The notes beneath the pieces are model-generated. The model searched no databases. It had not been told where the DNA came from and was given only the letters and a program-made list of their open reading frames with translations. Of a stretch of 64,000 bases of DNA, positions 1 to 8,503 are shown in pieces. Made by a program: the position numbers and the translations under genes. Source of the stretch: Kiritimatiellia bacterium (GTDB lineage: Bacteria > Verrucomicrobiota > Kiritimatiellia > RZYC01); assembly GCA_028708815.1 (NCBI GenBank), contig JAQVYB010000002.1, forward strand, positions 1,495 to 65,494, given 5' to 3'. The first letter of the stretch is position 1. Each line of letters begins with the position of its first letter.

Positions 1-689
1 GTTTCAACGTGTCCATCAAGGGCGGCGTGAATGAGTATGTCTATTTTAAAAGTGCCACAGCGGGCGGAACGCCGGTGGGTGCCCTTTATCGGGAGTTGTT
101 TAGCTTTGCGAAGAAGCGTCGGCCTGATTTTCGGGGTGCGTTGGGGCTGGTGATTCGCGCCCAGCTTGGAGCCGTCTATGGTTCGGGCATCAAGAAGTCC
201 GCCGTCACACAGAATGCGCCCGCCAATGGAAAGATGATTCTGCATGAGAGTAACCGGGGCGAGTGGTTTGATGGCGACACGGCGCCTCGGCATACCCGTG
301 TGACCGGATTGATCGTGGGGATTGGCGCGGATCTTACCGCGGATCTCTCTGATTACGACGAGGAGGACTTCAACCGGGTGTTTTACATGCACCCGGCCAA
401 CATCAGCGGCAAGGAGGAAATGCTGCACAATCACGCCGTGATTTTTAATGAACAGCCCCTCCCGCAGCATCCGACGCGGCTGGAAGAGGAAATTCACCGG
501 GTGATTGAGCAGGGAACCTTTCTGGATATGCGCCACCTGCTGGACAGTTCCACGATCACCGAAGCACTGATCGGCATTCATTACCTCCAGGCGTTTCGTT
601 CCGATCCGGAGGGTGTTCCGCTTGATCAGGGCAAGGCGGAGCCCATGCCGGAAATCAAGAAAAGCCAGATGAGATATTACCAGGGCTAG
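1..689 (+). CDS. hypothetical protein, 5' end outside window
   Basis: Frame 3 is open from the window edge to TAG 687-689. The tracked start at 9 is an internal GTG. No family motif recognised. Confidence 0.5.
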   Translation, partial: FNVSIKGGVNEYVYFKSATAGGTPVGALYRELFSFAKKRRPDFRGALGLVIRAQLGAVYGSGIKKSAVTQNAPANGKMILHESNRGEWFDGDTAPRHTRVTGLIVGIGADLTADLSDYDEEDFNRVFYMHPANISGKEEMLHNHAVIFNEQPLPQHPTRLEEEIHRVIEQGTFLDMRHLLDSSTITEALIGIHYLQAFRSDPEGVPLDQGKAEPMPEIKKSQMRYYQG

Positions 690-952
690 CAATCCGTCAA
701 ACTCAGGGTGGATGCTTCATCACCACGGCCAACGAATAGTCGTTGCCGCATACCCCGGGACATCGTGACGGATTGCTTCATGCAAACGGATGTGTACGAG
801 TTTTCTTGTACTGAAGGGCAGCCGTCCAATCGCCGAGTGGATGGGAGGGGTCTTGAGAATCACACGCAACCCCCGCAGCGCTCGGAGAGCACCAGGCCAC
901 CCGGAGCGCCATGCTCCTTGTATGAGCCGTTGGCGGAAGTTGGAAACACGTC

Positions 953-1915
953 CTACCAGAGGGCATCCACCACGTTGATCGGCAGGGCATTGGCCTGAGC
1001 GAGCATGGCCGTATCCACCTGAGTCAACACGTAGTACTTGGTATACTTGGTCAGTTCAAGGGCGACATCGGTATCCCGGATTCGGCTTTCGGCGGCGCGA
1101 ATGTTTTCCTCGTAGGAGGAGAGGCCGCTGAGGGTCATTTCCATGCGTCGGAGTTCGGAACCGAGTACGGATCGTTTCGTGCTGAGGTAATCGATGCCGA
1201 TGTTGATTCTGGAAATGGCGCCCTGGGCGACGGACTGGGTGGAGATGCTGAGGTGTGCGCCACCGATCAGGCTGGCCCAATGCACGGTTTGCGGTCCGGC
1301 GCCGGAGCCGAGAATGGTCATGTTTATGGAGCCGTAGCTGTATTGCGTATAGGATCCCATGACGGCGAAATTGGTGGCGGTGAGGTTGATGGATTCTTCG
1401 GTAAAGGTTTGATTGCCGTCGGGTCCGATTTGAAGCGAGAGGTTGCCGCTCTGGACGGCTTCGGAGGCGGGAGTGGTGACGCCGTTTCCGCCCCGGAAGA
1501 GATAGATGCCGTTGAATTTGCCTGCGGCGGTTGCGCCGGTGGTGATCCGGGTGATTTCCTTCTGCATTTCGCGAAATTCTGTTTGGAGGTTATCGCGGTC
1601 GATCTGGGTTTTGGTGCCGTCGTTGGCCGAAACGGCCAGTTCGGACATTCGGTCCATCATGTCCTGCACCTTCTGGAGCCAGGCATCGGCTGTGAGCAGA
1701 TAGTTGATTTTGTTTTCCACGTTGGAGGAGGCTGCGGTGGAGTTTCGCAGTTGAGCGCGGAGGCGCTCGCTCATGGCGAGGCCGGCGGGGTCGTCACCCG
1801 CGTTGCGTATGCGCAGGCCCGATGAAAGCTTTGACATCGATTGGCGGAGTTTGTCGACATTGCCCGAGAAGTCCTTCCAGACGCCAAAGGCAGCCGCGTT
1901 ATTATAGATTTGCAT
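953..1915 (-). CDS. fliC: flagellin (paralogue 1, 320 aa)
   Basis: ATG at 1915 (MQIYNNAAAFGVWKDF) is preceded by GGAGGAACAAGGAC. The N-terminal LSSGLRIRNAGDDPAGLAMSERLR and C-terminal TQVDTAMLAQANALP flagellin helices are conserved. The tracked start at 1996 adds 27 non-homologous residues. Confidence 0.93.
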   Translation of the reverse strand: MQIYNNAAAFGVWKDFSGNVDKLRQSMSKLSSGLRIRNAGDDPAGLAMSERLRAQLRNSTAASSNVENKINYLLTADAWLQKVQDMMDRMSELAVSANDGTKTQIDRDNLQTEFREMQKEITRITTGATAAGKFNGIYLFRGGNGVTTPASEAVQSGNLSLQIGPDGNQTFTEESINLTATNFAVMGSYTQYSYGSINMTILGSGAGPQTVHWASLIGGAHLSISTQSVAQGAISRINIGIDYLSTKRSVLGSELRRMEMTLSGLSSYEENIRAAESRIRDTDVALELTKYTKYYVLTQVDTAMLAQANALPINVVDALW

Positions 1916-1999
1916 GTCCTTGTTCCTCCCGGAGGAAGAGGAGGGAGGGATACCGGAGTATCCCTCCCCGCCTTCCGGTTTACGGGATCTGTTCATCGC

Positions 2000-2962
2000 T
2001 TAACCAAGCATCTGCACCACCGAATTCGGCAGGGCATTGGCCTGGGCCAGCATGGCAGTGCCGACCTGTACCAGGATTTGGTACTTGGAGTATTGCGTGG
2101 TTTCATAGGCCACATCCACATCACGGATACGGCTTTCAGTGGCGCGGACATTTTCCTCGTAACTTCGCAGACCGCTCAAAGTCTGTTCCATACGTTTCAT
2201 TTCCGCGCCCAGGACGGCTCGCTTGGAACTGACGTAGTCAATCCCAATGTTGATTTTGTCCACGGCTCCCTGCGCGACCGACTGAGTGGAAATACTCAGG
2301 TTGGCGCCGCAGATGATGCTGGCCCAGCGGACGGTCCGCGGGCCGGACCCTGATCCAAGCAGGGTCATGTTCACCGAACCGTAGCTGTAGTTGGTGTAGG
2401 AACCGACTACGGCAAAGTTCGTGGCCGTGAGATTCACTTCTTCTTCTGTGAACACCATATTGCTGTCCGGTCCAATCTGCAGGCGTACGGAACCCGTTTC
2501 CACGCCGTCGCCGCTCAGGACGGGGACGCCGTTGCCTCCGCGGAAGAGATACAGCCCGTTAAACTTGCCTGCGGCGGTTGCGCCGCTGGTGATACGGGTG
2601 ATTTCCTTCTGCATCTGCGAGAATTCCTTCTGCAGGTTGTCACGGTCTACCTGGCTCTTGGTGCCATCGTTGGCCATCACGGCCAACTCGCCCATACGTC
2701 CCATCATGTCCTGGATCTTCTGGAGCCAGGCATCGGACGTTTGCAGGTAGTTTATTTTATTTTCCACGTTTGTGGTGGCAGCGGACGTGTTGCGGTACTG
2801 GGTCCGCAACCGTTCGCTCATCGCCAATCCGGATGGATCATCGCCGGCGTTGTTAATTCTCAACCCGGACGATAACTTCGACATGGAATTACGCAAACTG
2901 GTGACGTTTGCATTGTAATTCTTCCACACCGAAAAGGCCGAAATGTTATTATAGACTTGCAT
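2000..2962 (-). CDS. fliC: flagellin (paralogue 2, 320 aa)
   Basis: MQVYNNISAFSVWKNY...LSSGLRINNAGDDPSGLAMSERLRTQ...LVQVGTAMLAQANALP. SD AAGGAGGA lies at 2970-2977 (minus strand). Confidence 0.95.
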   Translation of the reverse strand: MQVYNNISAFSVWKNYNANVTSLRNSMSKLSSGLRINNAGDDPSGLAMSERLRTQYRNTSAATTNVENKINYLQTSDAWLQKIQDMMGRMGELAVMANDGTKSQVDRDNLQKEFSQMQKEITRITSGATAAGKFNGLYLFRGGNGVPVLSGDGVETGSVRLQIGPDSNMVFTEEEVNLTATNFAVVGSYTNYSYGSVNMTLLGSGSGPRTVRWASIICGANLSISTQSVAQGAVDKINIGIDYVSSKRAVLGAEMKRMEQTLSGLRSYEENVRATESRIRDVDVAYETTQYSKYQILVQVGTAMLAQANALPNSVVQMLG

Positions 2963-3136
2963 CTTTCATTCCTCCTTGAATGTCCTTTCTTTATTTCGCC
3001 CGCAGACCTCCTTGGCCACGGGCAAAGCCCTATTCCGCCACTCGGCGGAATCCTCTTTTTCTCATCTATCCCGTAAACCAGTGCATCTTGGCACCTCCTT
3101 ACTCGTGTTGAATGCACGGGTAATCCGTCACAAAGA

Positions 3137-3163
3137 AAATCGGACAGACCTCGCGCCTTATTA
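3137..3163 (-). promoter_or_regulatory. weak sigma28-like promoter candidate for flagellin paralogue 2
   Basis: Minus strand reads TAAT-N15-TCCGATTT against consensus TAAA-N15-GCCGATAA. The CCGAT core and the spacing are kept. It sits about 175 nt upstream of the ATG. Confidence 0.3.
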
Positions 3164-3460
3164 AGGGATAGAAGAATTCCGGGGGGCGTGCGGCAAGCCT
3201 TTCCGTTTTATGCGGGAGGAGGGGGCACTCTTTTCCGATAAATGAACATTTCGTAAAAAAGTTCGGTTGAATATTTAAGTGCGGGGGTGTTCGAATGCGG
3301 CATTCAATGGCCTGTGCTCGCCGGAGGAAGGCCCTTCGCAAGCCGCCTTACCAGCGAAATTTCGGTTGAGTAAGGGGGTGCGCGGATGATGCCGGCGGAA
3401 AGGTGTTTGGAAGATCATGGAGAACTTGCATTGGGCGGCGAAGGGACTAAAATCGGCGTC

Positions 3461-4711
3461 ATGAATCGAACTCCTTCACTGACGGCGGTGGTTTTGACCT
3501 GCGATCGTCCGGAGCGCTGCCGGGAGTCGGTGGCGCATAATGCACGTGCGCTGGCCGCGCTGCCTCAGTCCGAATTGCTGGTGCTGAACAACGGGCGTCT
3601 TCCCGTTGAACTTCCCGAACGGATTGGGGAGGTGCCCATCCGGGTGATTTCGATGCCGCGCAATCTGGGTGCGGAGGCGCGAAATGCCGCGTTGAACGCC
3701 GCACGGGGGGAGCGGCTGTTTTTTTTGGATGATGATGTTTATATTGAGCCGGAACACGTGGCGGCGCTGGGGGCTGTCTTTTCGGAGCATCCGGATACGG
3801 GTGCGGTGGGATTCAGGATTTTCAATCGGGGCGCGGAGGAGGGGTCGCTGCTGCCTTCGGTTTTTCATGGGTGTGCGGTGGGGATTTTGCGCGAAGCGCT
3901 GTATGCGGCAGGGGGGTATCCTCGGGGTTACGGGTATTACGCCGAGGAATATCACGTTTCGTTTCGTTTGCGTCAGGCGGGTTATGTGCTTCGGTTTGCG
4001 GAAACAAGCAGGCCGGTGCAGCACGTGCGCGACCCGGGCGGGCGAAGCAAGGACCACATTGTCTACCGGCTGGTACGCAACAACACCCGGCTTCTGGCCG
4101 CTTTTCTGCCCGTGGGGGTGTTGGCGGGGGCTTTTCGCGACATGCTTCAGCGCTACCGGTTGGTTGGCATCAAGGAACACGCCGAGGCGGGGTGGCGGCA
4201 GGGCCTTCGGTCGATTCCCTGGTCATTTGTGCGTGGTTTGACCGAGCGAAAACCCCTTTCGGAGGCCCTTTTTGCGGAATTTGCCCTTTTACGGCAGTTG
4301 AATGAGGGGATTCGGCGTCTTCGGGAGGTTGGTGCGGGGGAGGTGGTGCTTTGCGGCACGGGACGTTTTCCTTCGCTTTGGCTGGCTGGTCTGCGCGGTG
4401 CCGGAGTGCGTGTCGCGGCCTTTCTCGACAGCAATTCCTGCTGGGAAAATCAGCATATTCGGGGTATTCCGGTGATTTCTTCGCTTGAAAAATGCCTCGA
4501 AATGGCGGGGGAAGGGCCGATTTTTTGTTTTTCCGGCCTTTCATCGCTTCCGGAAACCGCTTTTTGGACCGAAGAGCTTGCCCGCGGCGGTTTTTGTTGT
4601 CTGGAAGAGGCAAAACCTGCGCTCGAATCGGAAAAAGATACCTGCAAAAACGCCTTTTTGCTTCATGAAACGGCCAAAATCGGTTTTTGGCGGTTTCCGT
4701 CCGGTTTTTGA
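3461..4711 (+). CDS. family 2 glycosyltransferase with C-terminal Rossmann-like (NeuD/PglD-N-like) domain
   Basis: LTAVVLTCDRPE...LLVLNNG...FFLDDDVYIEPEH is a GT-A/GT2 signature. The C-terminus (VVLCGTGRFPS...AAFLDSN) looks like a nucleotide-binding fold. ATG 3461 is preferred over the tracked 3386 because homology begins there. Confidence 0.75.
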   Translation: MNRTPSLTAVVLTCDRPERCRESVAHNARALAALPQSELLVLNNGRLPVELPERIGEVPIRVISMPRNLGAEARNAALNAARGERLFFLDDDVYIEPEHVAALGAVFSEHPDTGAVGFRIFNRGAEEGSLLPSVFHGCAVGILREALYAAGGYPRGYGYYAEEYHVSFRLRQAGYVLRFAETSRPVQHVRDPGGRSKDHIVYRLVRNNTRLLAAFLPVGVLAGAFRDMLQRYRLVGIKEHAEAGWRQGLRSIPWSFVRGLTERKPLSEALFAEFALLRQLNEGIRRLREVGAGEVVLCGTGRFPSLWLAGLRGAGVRVAAFLDSNSCWENQHIRGIPVISSLEKCLEMAGEGPIFCFSGLSSLPETAFWTEELARGGFCCLEEAKPALESEKDTCKNAFLLHETAKIGFWRFPSGF

Positions 4712-4842
4712 GGCGCACAGAAGGCAAAAGGGCGATAATATTTCTTAACCGATGGTATTTAGAGGCTTGCGCAGGTTGTTGTTGGCGGATTTTAAGGAAA
4801 AGGGCTCGAAAAAGGGGTGGAAAAGGGTAGGTCGGGCTTCTG

Positions 4843-4858
4843 CGGCACCGGATTTGCT
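4843..4858 (+). promoter_or_regulatory. sigma54 (-24/-12) promoter upstream of fliW-csrA
   Basis: cGGCACcggatTTGCT has the GG-N10-GC spacing and matches TGGCAC-N5-TTGCW. It lies 56 nt upstream of the fliW ATG. Confidence 0.65.
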
Positions 4859-4912
4859 AGGAAAGGGCGTCGCTGAAAGGTGGCCCAAGGGAAAGAAACA
4901 TCGAGGTAGCAG

Positions 4913-5470
4913 ATGAAAACATTGATGAATCCGCGTTACAGCCAGAACAGCACGAACCCCGCCGAGCAGGGAGCAACAAACATCAGTCCGTATTCACGAC
5001 TGGTGGCGCTGCCCGTCCAGTCGGAAAATATTTTTCATTTTCCGGATGGCATTCCGGCATTTGAAAACATCAAGGAGTTTGTCTTTTTGAGCAAGCCGGA
5101 TTCGCGTCCATTCATGTTCATGCAGGCGTTGCAGCCGCAGGATTTGAGTTTTGTCTGCATTGATCCGTTTTTGATTTATCCGGATTACGCGCCGCGCGTG
5201 AGCTCGGCGGATGTGCGTTTTCTGCATTTGAATGACATTACGGATGCTCTGGTGTTGAGCATTGTGACCGTTAATCGGGACGTTTCGGAGACCACGGCCA
5301 ACCTGCAGGGGCCGATCGTGATCAATATGCGTGCCTGTATTGGAAAACAAATCATTTGTGATGGACAAAACTACAGCGTCCGATACAAAATCTGGGACGC
5401 GATCGAAAGCATGGAGCGCCGCCAAACCGAGCATCATCAGGCGAGCCGTGCGGCGGGTGCTGTGGTCTAA
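4913..5470 (+). CDS. fliW: flagellar assembly factor FliW (CsrA antagonist)
   Basis: IFHFPDGIPAFENIKEFVFL...FMFMQALQPQDLSFVCIDPF...TANLQGPIVINMRACIGKQII is typical of FliW. A GAGG SD lies 7 nt upstream. Confidence 0.9.
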   Translation: MKTLMNPRYSQNSTNPAEQGATNISPYSRLVALPVQSENIFHFPDGIPAFENIKEFVFLSKPDSRPFMFMQALQPQDLSFVCIDPFLIYPDYAPRVSSADVRFLHLNDITDALVLSIVTVNRDVSETTANLQGPIVINMRACIGKQIICDGQNYSVRYKIWDAIESMERRQTEHHQASRAAGAVV

Positions 5471-5507
5471 CCACATCCACCAGCGAGCGCCAAGGAGGGC
5501 CAATATC

Positions 5508-5804
5508 ATGTTAGTTTTGACAAGGAAGTCGGAAGAAAGCGTCATTATCGGCAACAACATCGAAGTGAAGGTGCTTGCCGTGCGGGGGGATCAGGTCAGT
5601 ATCGGCTTCAGTGCGCCGGATGATGTGAGCATCTACCGCAAAGAAGTGTACGACGCGATTCAGAAGGAAAACCTCCAGGCCGTCAAGCACGCCAATCAGG
5701 ATATGAGCTGGCTGCAGGATAAGCTCAGCAATGTGTTCGGGAAGCCAACCGCCAACCACCAACCGCAGGAAAGGGGGGATGTTCAGGAAAGTATAAAGAA
5801 ATAG
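5508..5804 (+). CDS. csrA: carbon storage regulator CsrA (98 aa, long C-terminal tail)
   Basis: MLVLTRKSEESVIIGNNIEVKVLAVRGDQVSIGFSAPDDVSIYRKEVY. AGGAGG SD upstream of ATG 5508. The tracked ORF start at 5331 overlaps fliW and is spurious. Confidence 0.95.
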   Translation: MLVLTRKSEESVIIGNNIEVKVLAVRGDQVSIGFSAPDDVSIYRKEVYDAIQKENLQAVKHANQDMSWLQDKLSNVFGKPTANHQPQERGDVQESIKK

Positions 5805-5869
5805 ACATTCTGGAAGCGGCGGGACCCGTGTGCCGGGAAGGTTCCAAAGCTGAAGTTCAACCGGCCAAG

Positions 5870-5883
5870 GGGCAAGGATGCCC
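5870..5883 (+). promoter_or_regulatory. candidate CsrA binding hairpin (GGA in tetraloop) in the leader of flagellin paralogue 3
   Basis: GGGCA-AGGA-TGCCC is a 5-bp stem presenting AGGA in the loop. A second GGA site overlaps the SD (AAGGAGGA, 5915-5922). Confidence 0.5.
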
Positions 5884-5927
5884 AAGTTGAAACAAGACAA
5901 AAACAACAAGATTCAAGGAGGAATCAA

Positions 5928-6890
5928 ATGCAAGTCTATAATAACGTACCAGCCTTCTCTGTGTGGAAACATTACAATTCCAACGTTTCCAGCCTACGGA
6001 GTTCCATGTCCAAACTGTCGTCCGGCCTGCGCATTAACAATGCCGGCGATGATCCGTCCGGTTTGGCGATGAGCGAGCGCCTGCGCACGCAGTATCGCAA
6101 CACGGCCGCGGCGGCATCCAACGTGGAAAACAAGATCAACTATCTGCAAACCGCCGATTCCTGGATGCAGAAGATCCATGACATGATGGGCCGTATGGCC
6201 GAATTGGCCGTGATGGCCAACGATGGCACGAAGAGCCAGGTGGACCGCGATAATCTGCAGAAGGAATTCGGTCAGATGCAGAAGGAAATTGCACGCATCA
6301 CCAGTGGCGCCACGGCTGCGGGCAAGTTCAACAGCCTGTATCTGTTCCGCGGCGGCAGCGGTGTGGCCACCATGACCGGCGATGGCGTGGTTGCCGGAAA
6401 CGTCCACCTGCAGATCGGCCCGGACAGCAACATGGTGTTTAGCGAGGAGGAAATCAACCTCACGGCCACGAACTTCGCGGTCATCGGTTCCTATGCCAAA
6501 TACAGCTACGGATCGGTGAACATGACCCTGCTCGGTTCCGGAGGCGGCCCGCAGGCGGTCCGTTGGGCGAGCGTGATCTGCGGAGCCAACCTCAGCATCT
6601 CGACCCAGTCGGTTGCTCAGGGTGCCGTGGATAAAATGAACATTGCCATCGACTTCATCAGTTCGAAGCGCGCGGTACTCGGCGCCGAGATGAAGCGTAT
6701 GGAACAGACCCTCAGCGGTCTGCGCAACTATGAAGAAAATGCGCGTGCCACCGAAAGCCGCATCCGTGATGTGGACGTGGCCTATGAAACCACGCAGTAC
6801 TCGAAGTATCAGATTCTGGTGCAGGTTGGTACGGCGATGCTCGCCCAGGCCAACGCGCTGCCGCAGGGTGTGCTCCAGATGCTCGGATAA
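5928..6890 (+). CDS. fliC: flagellin (paralogue 3, 320 aa)
   Basis: MQVYNNVPAFSVWKHY...GLRINNAGDDPSGLAMSERLRTQ...LVQVGTAMLAQANALP. Confidence 0.95.
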   Translation: MQVYNNVPAFSVWKHYNSNVSSLRSSMSKLSSGLRINNAGDDPSGLAMSERLRTQYRNTAAAASNVENKINYLQTADSWMQKIHDMMGRMAELAVMANDGTKSQVDRDNLQKEFGQMQKEIARITSGATAAGKFNSLYLFRGGSGVATMTGDGVVAGNVHLQIGPDSNMVFSEEEINLTATNFAVIGSYAKYSYGSVNMTLLGSGGGPQAVRWASVICGANLSISTQSVAQGAVDKMNIAIDFISSKRAVLGAEMKRMEQTLSGLRNYEENARATESRIRDVDVAYETTQYSKYQILVQVGTAMLAQANALPQGVLQMLG

Positions 6891-6915
6891 TCGCTGATCC
6901 GACGGTTCATGCCAA

Positions 6916-6950
6916 CGCCCGGTCGAACTCGACCGGGCGTTTTCTTTTTC
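6916..6950 (+). terminator. rho-independent terminator after flagellin 3
   Basis: CGCCCGGTCG-aact-CGACCGGGCG followed by TTTTCTTTTT. Confidence 0.8.
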
Positions 6951-7177
6951 CTGAACCCCCGCGCACAAAGTCATTCCGCTCCGCGTTCACGAAATTCCGA
7001 TTTTCCGCCTGCCTCGAGGTGCATTTATTGCCGTTTGGCTGTTTTTTATGCTGTGCCGGCCTATCCGGGTTCCTTTTCATTTGGATTCTGCAATACCACA
7101 TCTTGAGGGGTAGGGGTTTGTATCCCACAAGATTTATGTTGGAGGAGTCTTTTTCCTCTCTGTGTGCATATACGTCG

Positions 7178-7193
7178 TGGCACGGCCCATGCT
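7178..7193 (+). promoter_or_regulatory. sigma54 (-24/-12) promoter of flagellin paralogue 4
   Basis: TGGCACggcccATGCT with correct GG-N10-GC spacing, 63 nt upstream of the ATG. Confidence 0.6.
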
Positions 7194-7254
7194 TTATGCA
7201 CGTTGCCCTGAAAAATGGTAAAAAACAGGGTGAAAAACAAACAGGGAGCAAACC

Positions 7255-8232
7255 ATGCAAGTATATAATAACTCTACAGCGTTCGGTGTTTGGAAACACT
7301 ATAACGCGAATGTATCGAGTATGCGCAGTTCGATGAGCAAACTCTCGTCGGGGCTTCGCATTAACTTTGCCGGCGATGATCCGGCCGGTCTGGCGATCAG
7401 TGAACGGCTGCGCATGCAGTATCGTAATACAGCCGCTGCCGCCACCAACGTGGAAAACAAGATCAATTATCTGCAGACGGCTGATTCCTGGCTGCAGAAA
7501 ATTCACGACATGCTGGGCCGTATGGCCGAGTTGGCCATCATGGCCAATGACGGCACCAAGAGCCAGGTGGACCGTGACAACCTGCAAAAGGAATTCCGGC
7601 AAATGCAGGATGAAATCTCGCGTATCACCAGCGGCGCGACCTCGGCGGGCAAGTTCAATGGGTTGTATCTGTTCCGAGGCGGCAACGGTGTGGCCCTGAT
7701 GACGGGGGACCAGGTGTATGGTTCCGGGGATGCCCGCAATTCGGTGTATCTGCAGGTCGGCCCGGACAGCAACATGGTTTTCAAGGAAGAACCGATCAAC
7801 CTGACGGCTACGAACTTCGCCGTGATGGGTTCTTATGCGAAATACAGCTACGGTTCGGCCAATATGACCCTGCTCGGTTCAGGCGGCGGCCCGACTGCCG
7901 TGCGCTGGGCCAGCATCATCTGCGGCGCGAATCTCAGTATTTCGCTTCAGTCCTGCGCGCAGTCGGCGGTGGACAAGCTGAATCTGGCGATTGACTATGT
8001 CAGTTCCAAACGTGCCGTTCTCGGTGCGGAAATGAAGCGGATGGAGCAAACTCTGGGCGGCCTGCGTAATTATGAAGAAAATGCACGTGCCACGGAAAGC
8101 CGTATTCGTGACGTGGATGTGGCCCTGGAAACGACGCAGTATTCCAAATATCAGATTCTGGTGCAGATCGGTACGGCGATGATGGCTCAGGCCAACGCCA
8201 TGCCGCAATCCGTCCTCCAGATGCTCGGATAA
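7255..8232 (+). CDS. fliC: flagellin (paralogue 4, 325 aa)
   Basis: MQVYNNSTAFGVWKHY...GLRINFAGDDPAGLAISERLRMQ...LVQIGTAMMAQANAMP. Nearly identical to paralogue 5. Confidence 0.95.
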   Translation: MQVYNNSTAFGVWKHYNANVSSMRSSMSKLSSGLRINFAGDDPAGLAISERLRMQYRNTAAAATNVENKINYLQTADSWLQKIHDMLGRMAELAIMANDGTKSQVDRDNLQKEFRQMQDEISRITSGATSAGKFNGLYLFRGGNGVALMTGDQVYGSGDARNSVYLQVGPDSNMVFKEEPINLTATNFAVMGSYAKYSYGSANMTLLGSGGGPTAVRWASIICGANLSISLQSCAQSAVDKLNLAIDYVSSKRAVLGAEMKRMEQTLGGLRNYEENARATESRIRDVDVALETTQYSKYQILVQIGTAMMAQANAMPQSVLQMLG

Positions 8233-8252
8233 CCTCCGACTCTCCCTGTTTA

Positions 8253-8292
8253 CGCCCGGTTCTGAACACAGAGCCGGGCGTTTTTTGTTTTT
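8253..8292 (+). terminator. rho-independent terminator after flagellin 4
   Basis: CGCCCGGTTCTG-aaca-CAGAGCCGGGCG (one G-U pair) followed by TTTTTTGTTTTT. Confidence 0.8.
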
Positions 8293-8487
8293 CAGGGCTT
8301 TCGCAGCCCTTGAAGTATCATTTTCAGCCCGTTTTCGGGTAATTGTTGCCTGCCGTCCGGTTCGCGTGCCGCAAAATGCAACATTTAAGCACTTTTTGGT
8401 CGTATTTTAGTAAAAAGCGGCCTGGTTTCGACCATTTTTTAGGTCAAATCGGCAAAAAGGGGCGCATCGGCAGAAGATCCGCCTCCG

Positions 8488-8503
8488 TGGCACATTGCCT
8501 GCT
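8488..8503 (+). promoter_or_regulatory. sigma54 (-24/-12) promoter of flagellin paralogue 5
   Basis: TGGCACattgcCTGCT, 64 nt upstream of the ATG. The downstream GCCCTGAAAA is shared with the paralogue 4 leader. Confidence 0.6.

Noticed and set aside
1916-1996. 27-residue N-terminal extension of flagellin 1 in the tracked ORF.
   Set aside because: Homology to the other four flagellins starts exactly at the internal ATG 1915, which has its own SD. The extension covers the intergenic hairpin.
3234-3241. TCCGATAA octamer upstream of the GT2 gene, and GGCGATAA at 4731-4738 upstream of fliW.
   Set aside because: The -35 positions read GGAG and GGCG rather than TAAA. fliW already has a well-formed sigma54 element.
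5841-5868. CAAA-N15-GCCAAGGG as a sigma28 promoter for flagellin 3.
   Set aside because: Only 4 of 8 matches in the -10 element, and the CCGAT core is missing. The GGCCAAGG block is better explained as part of the GGA-containing leader structure shared with flagellin 2.
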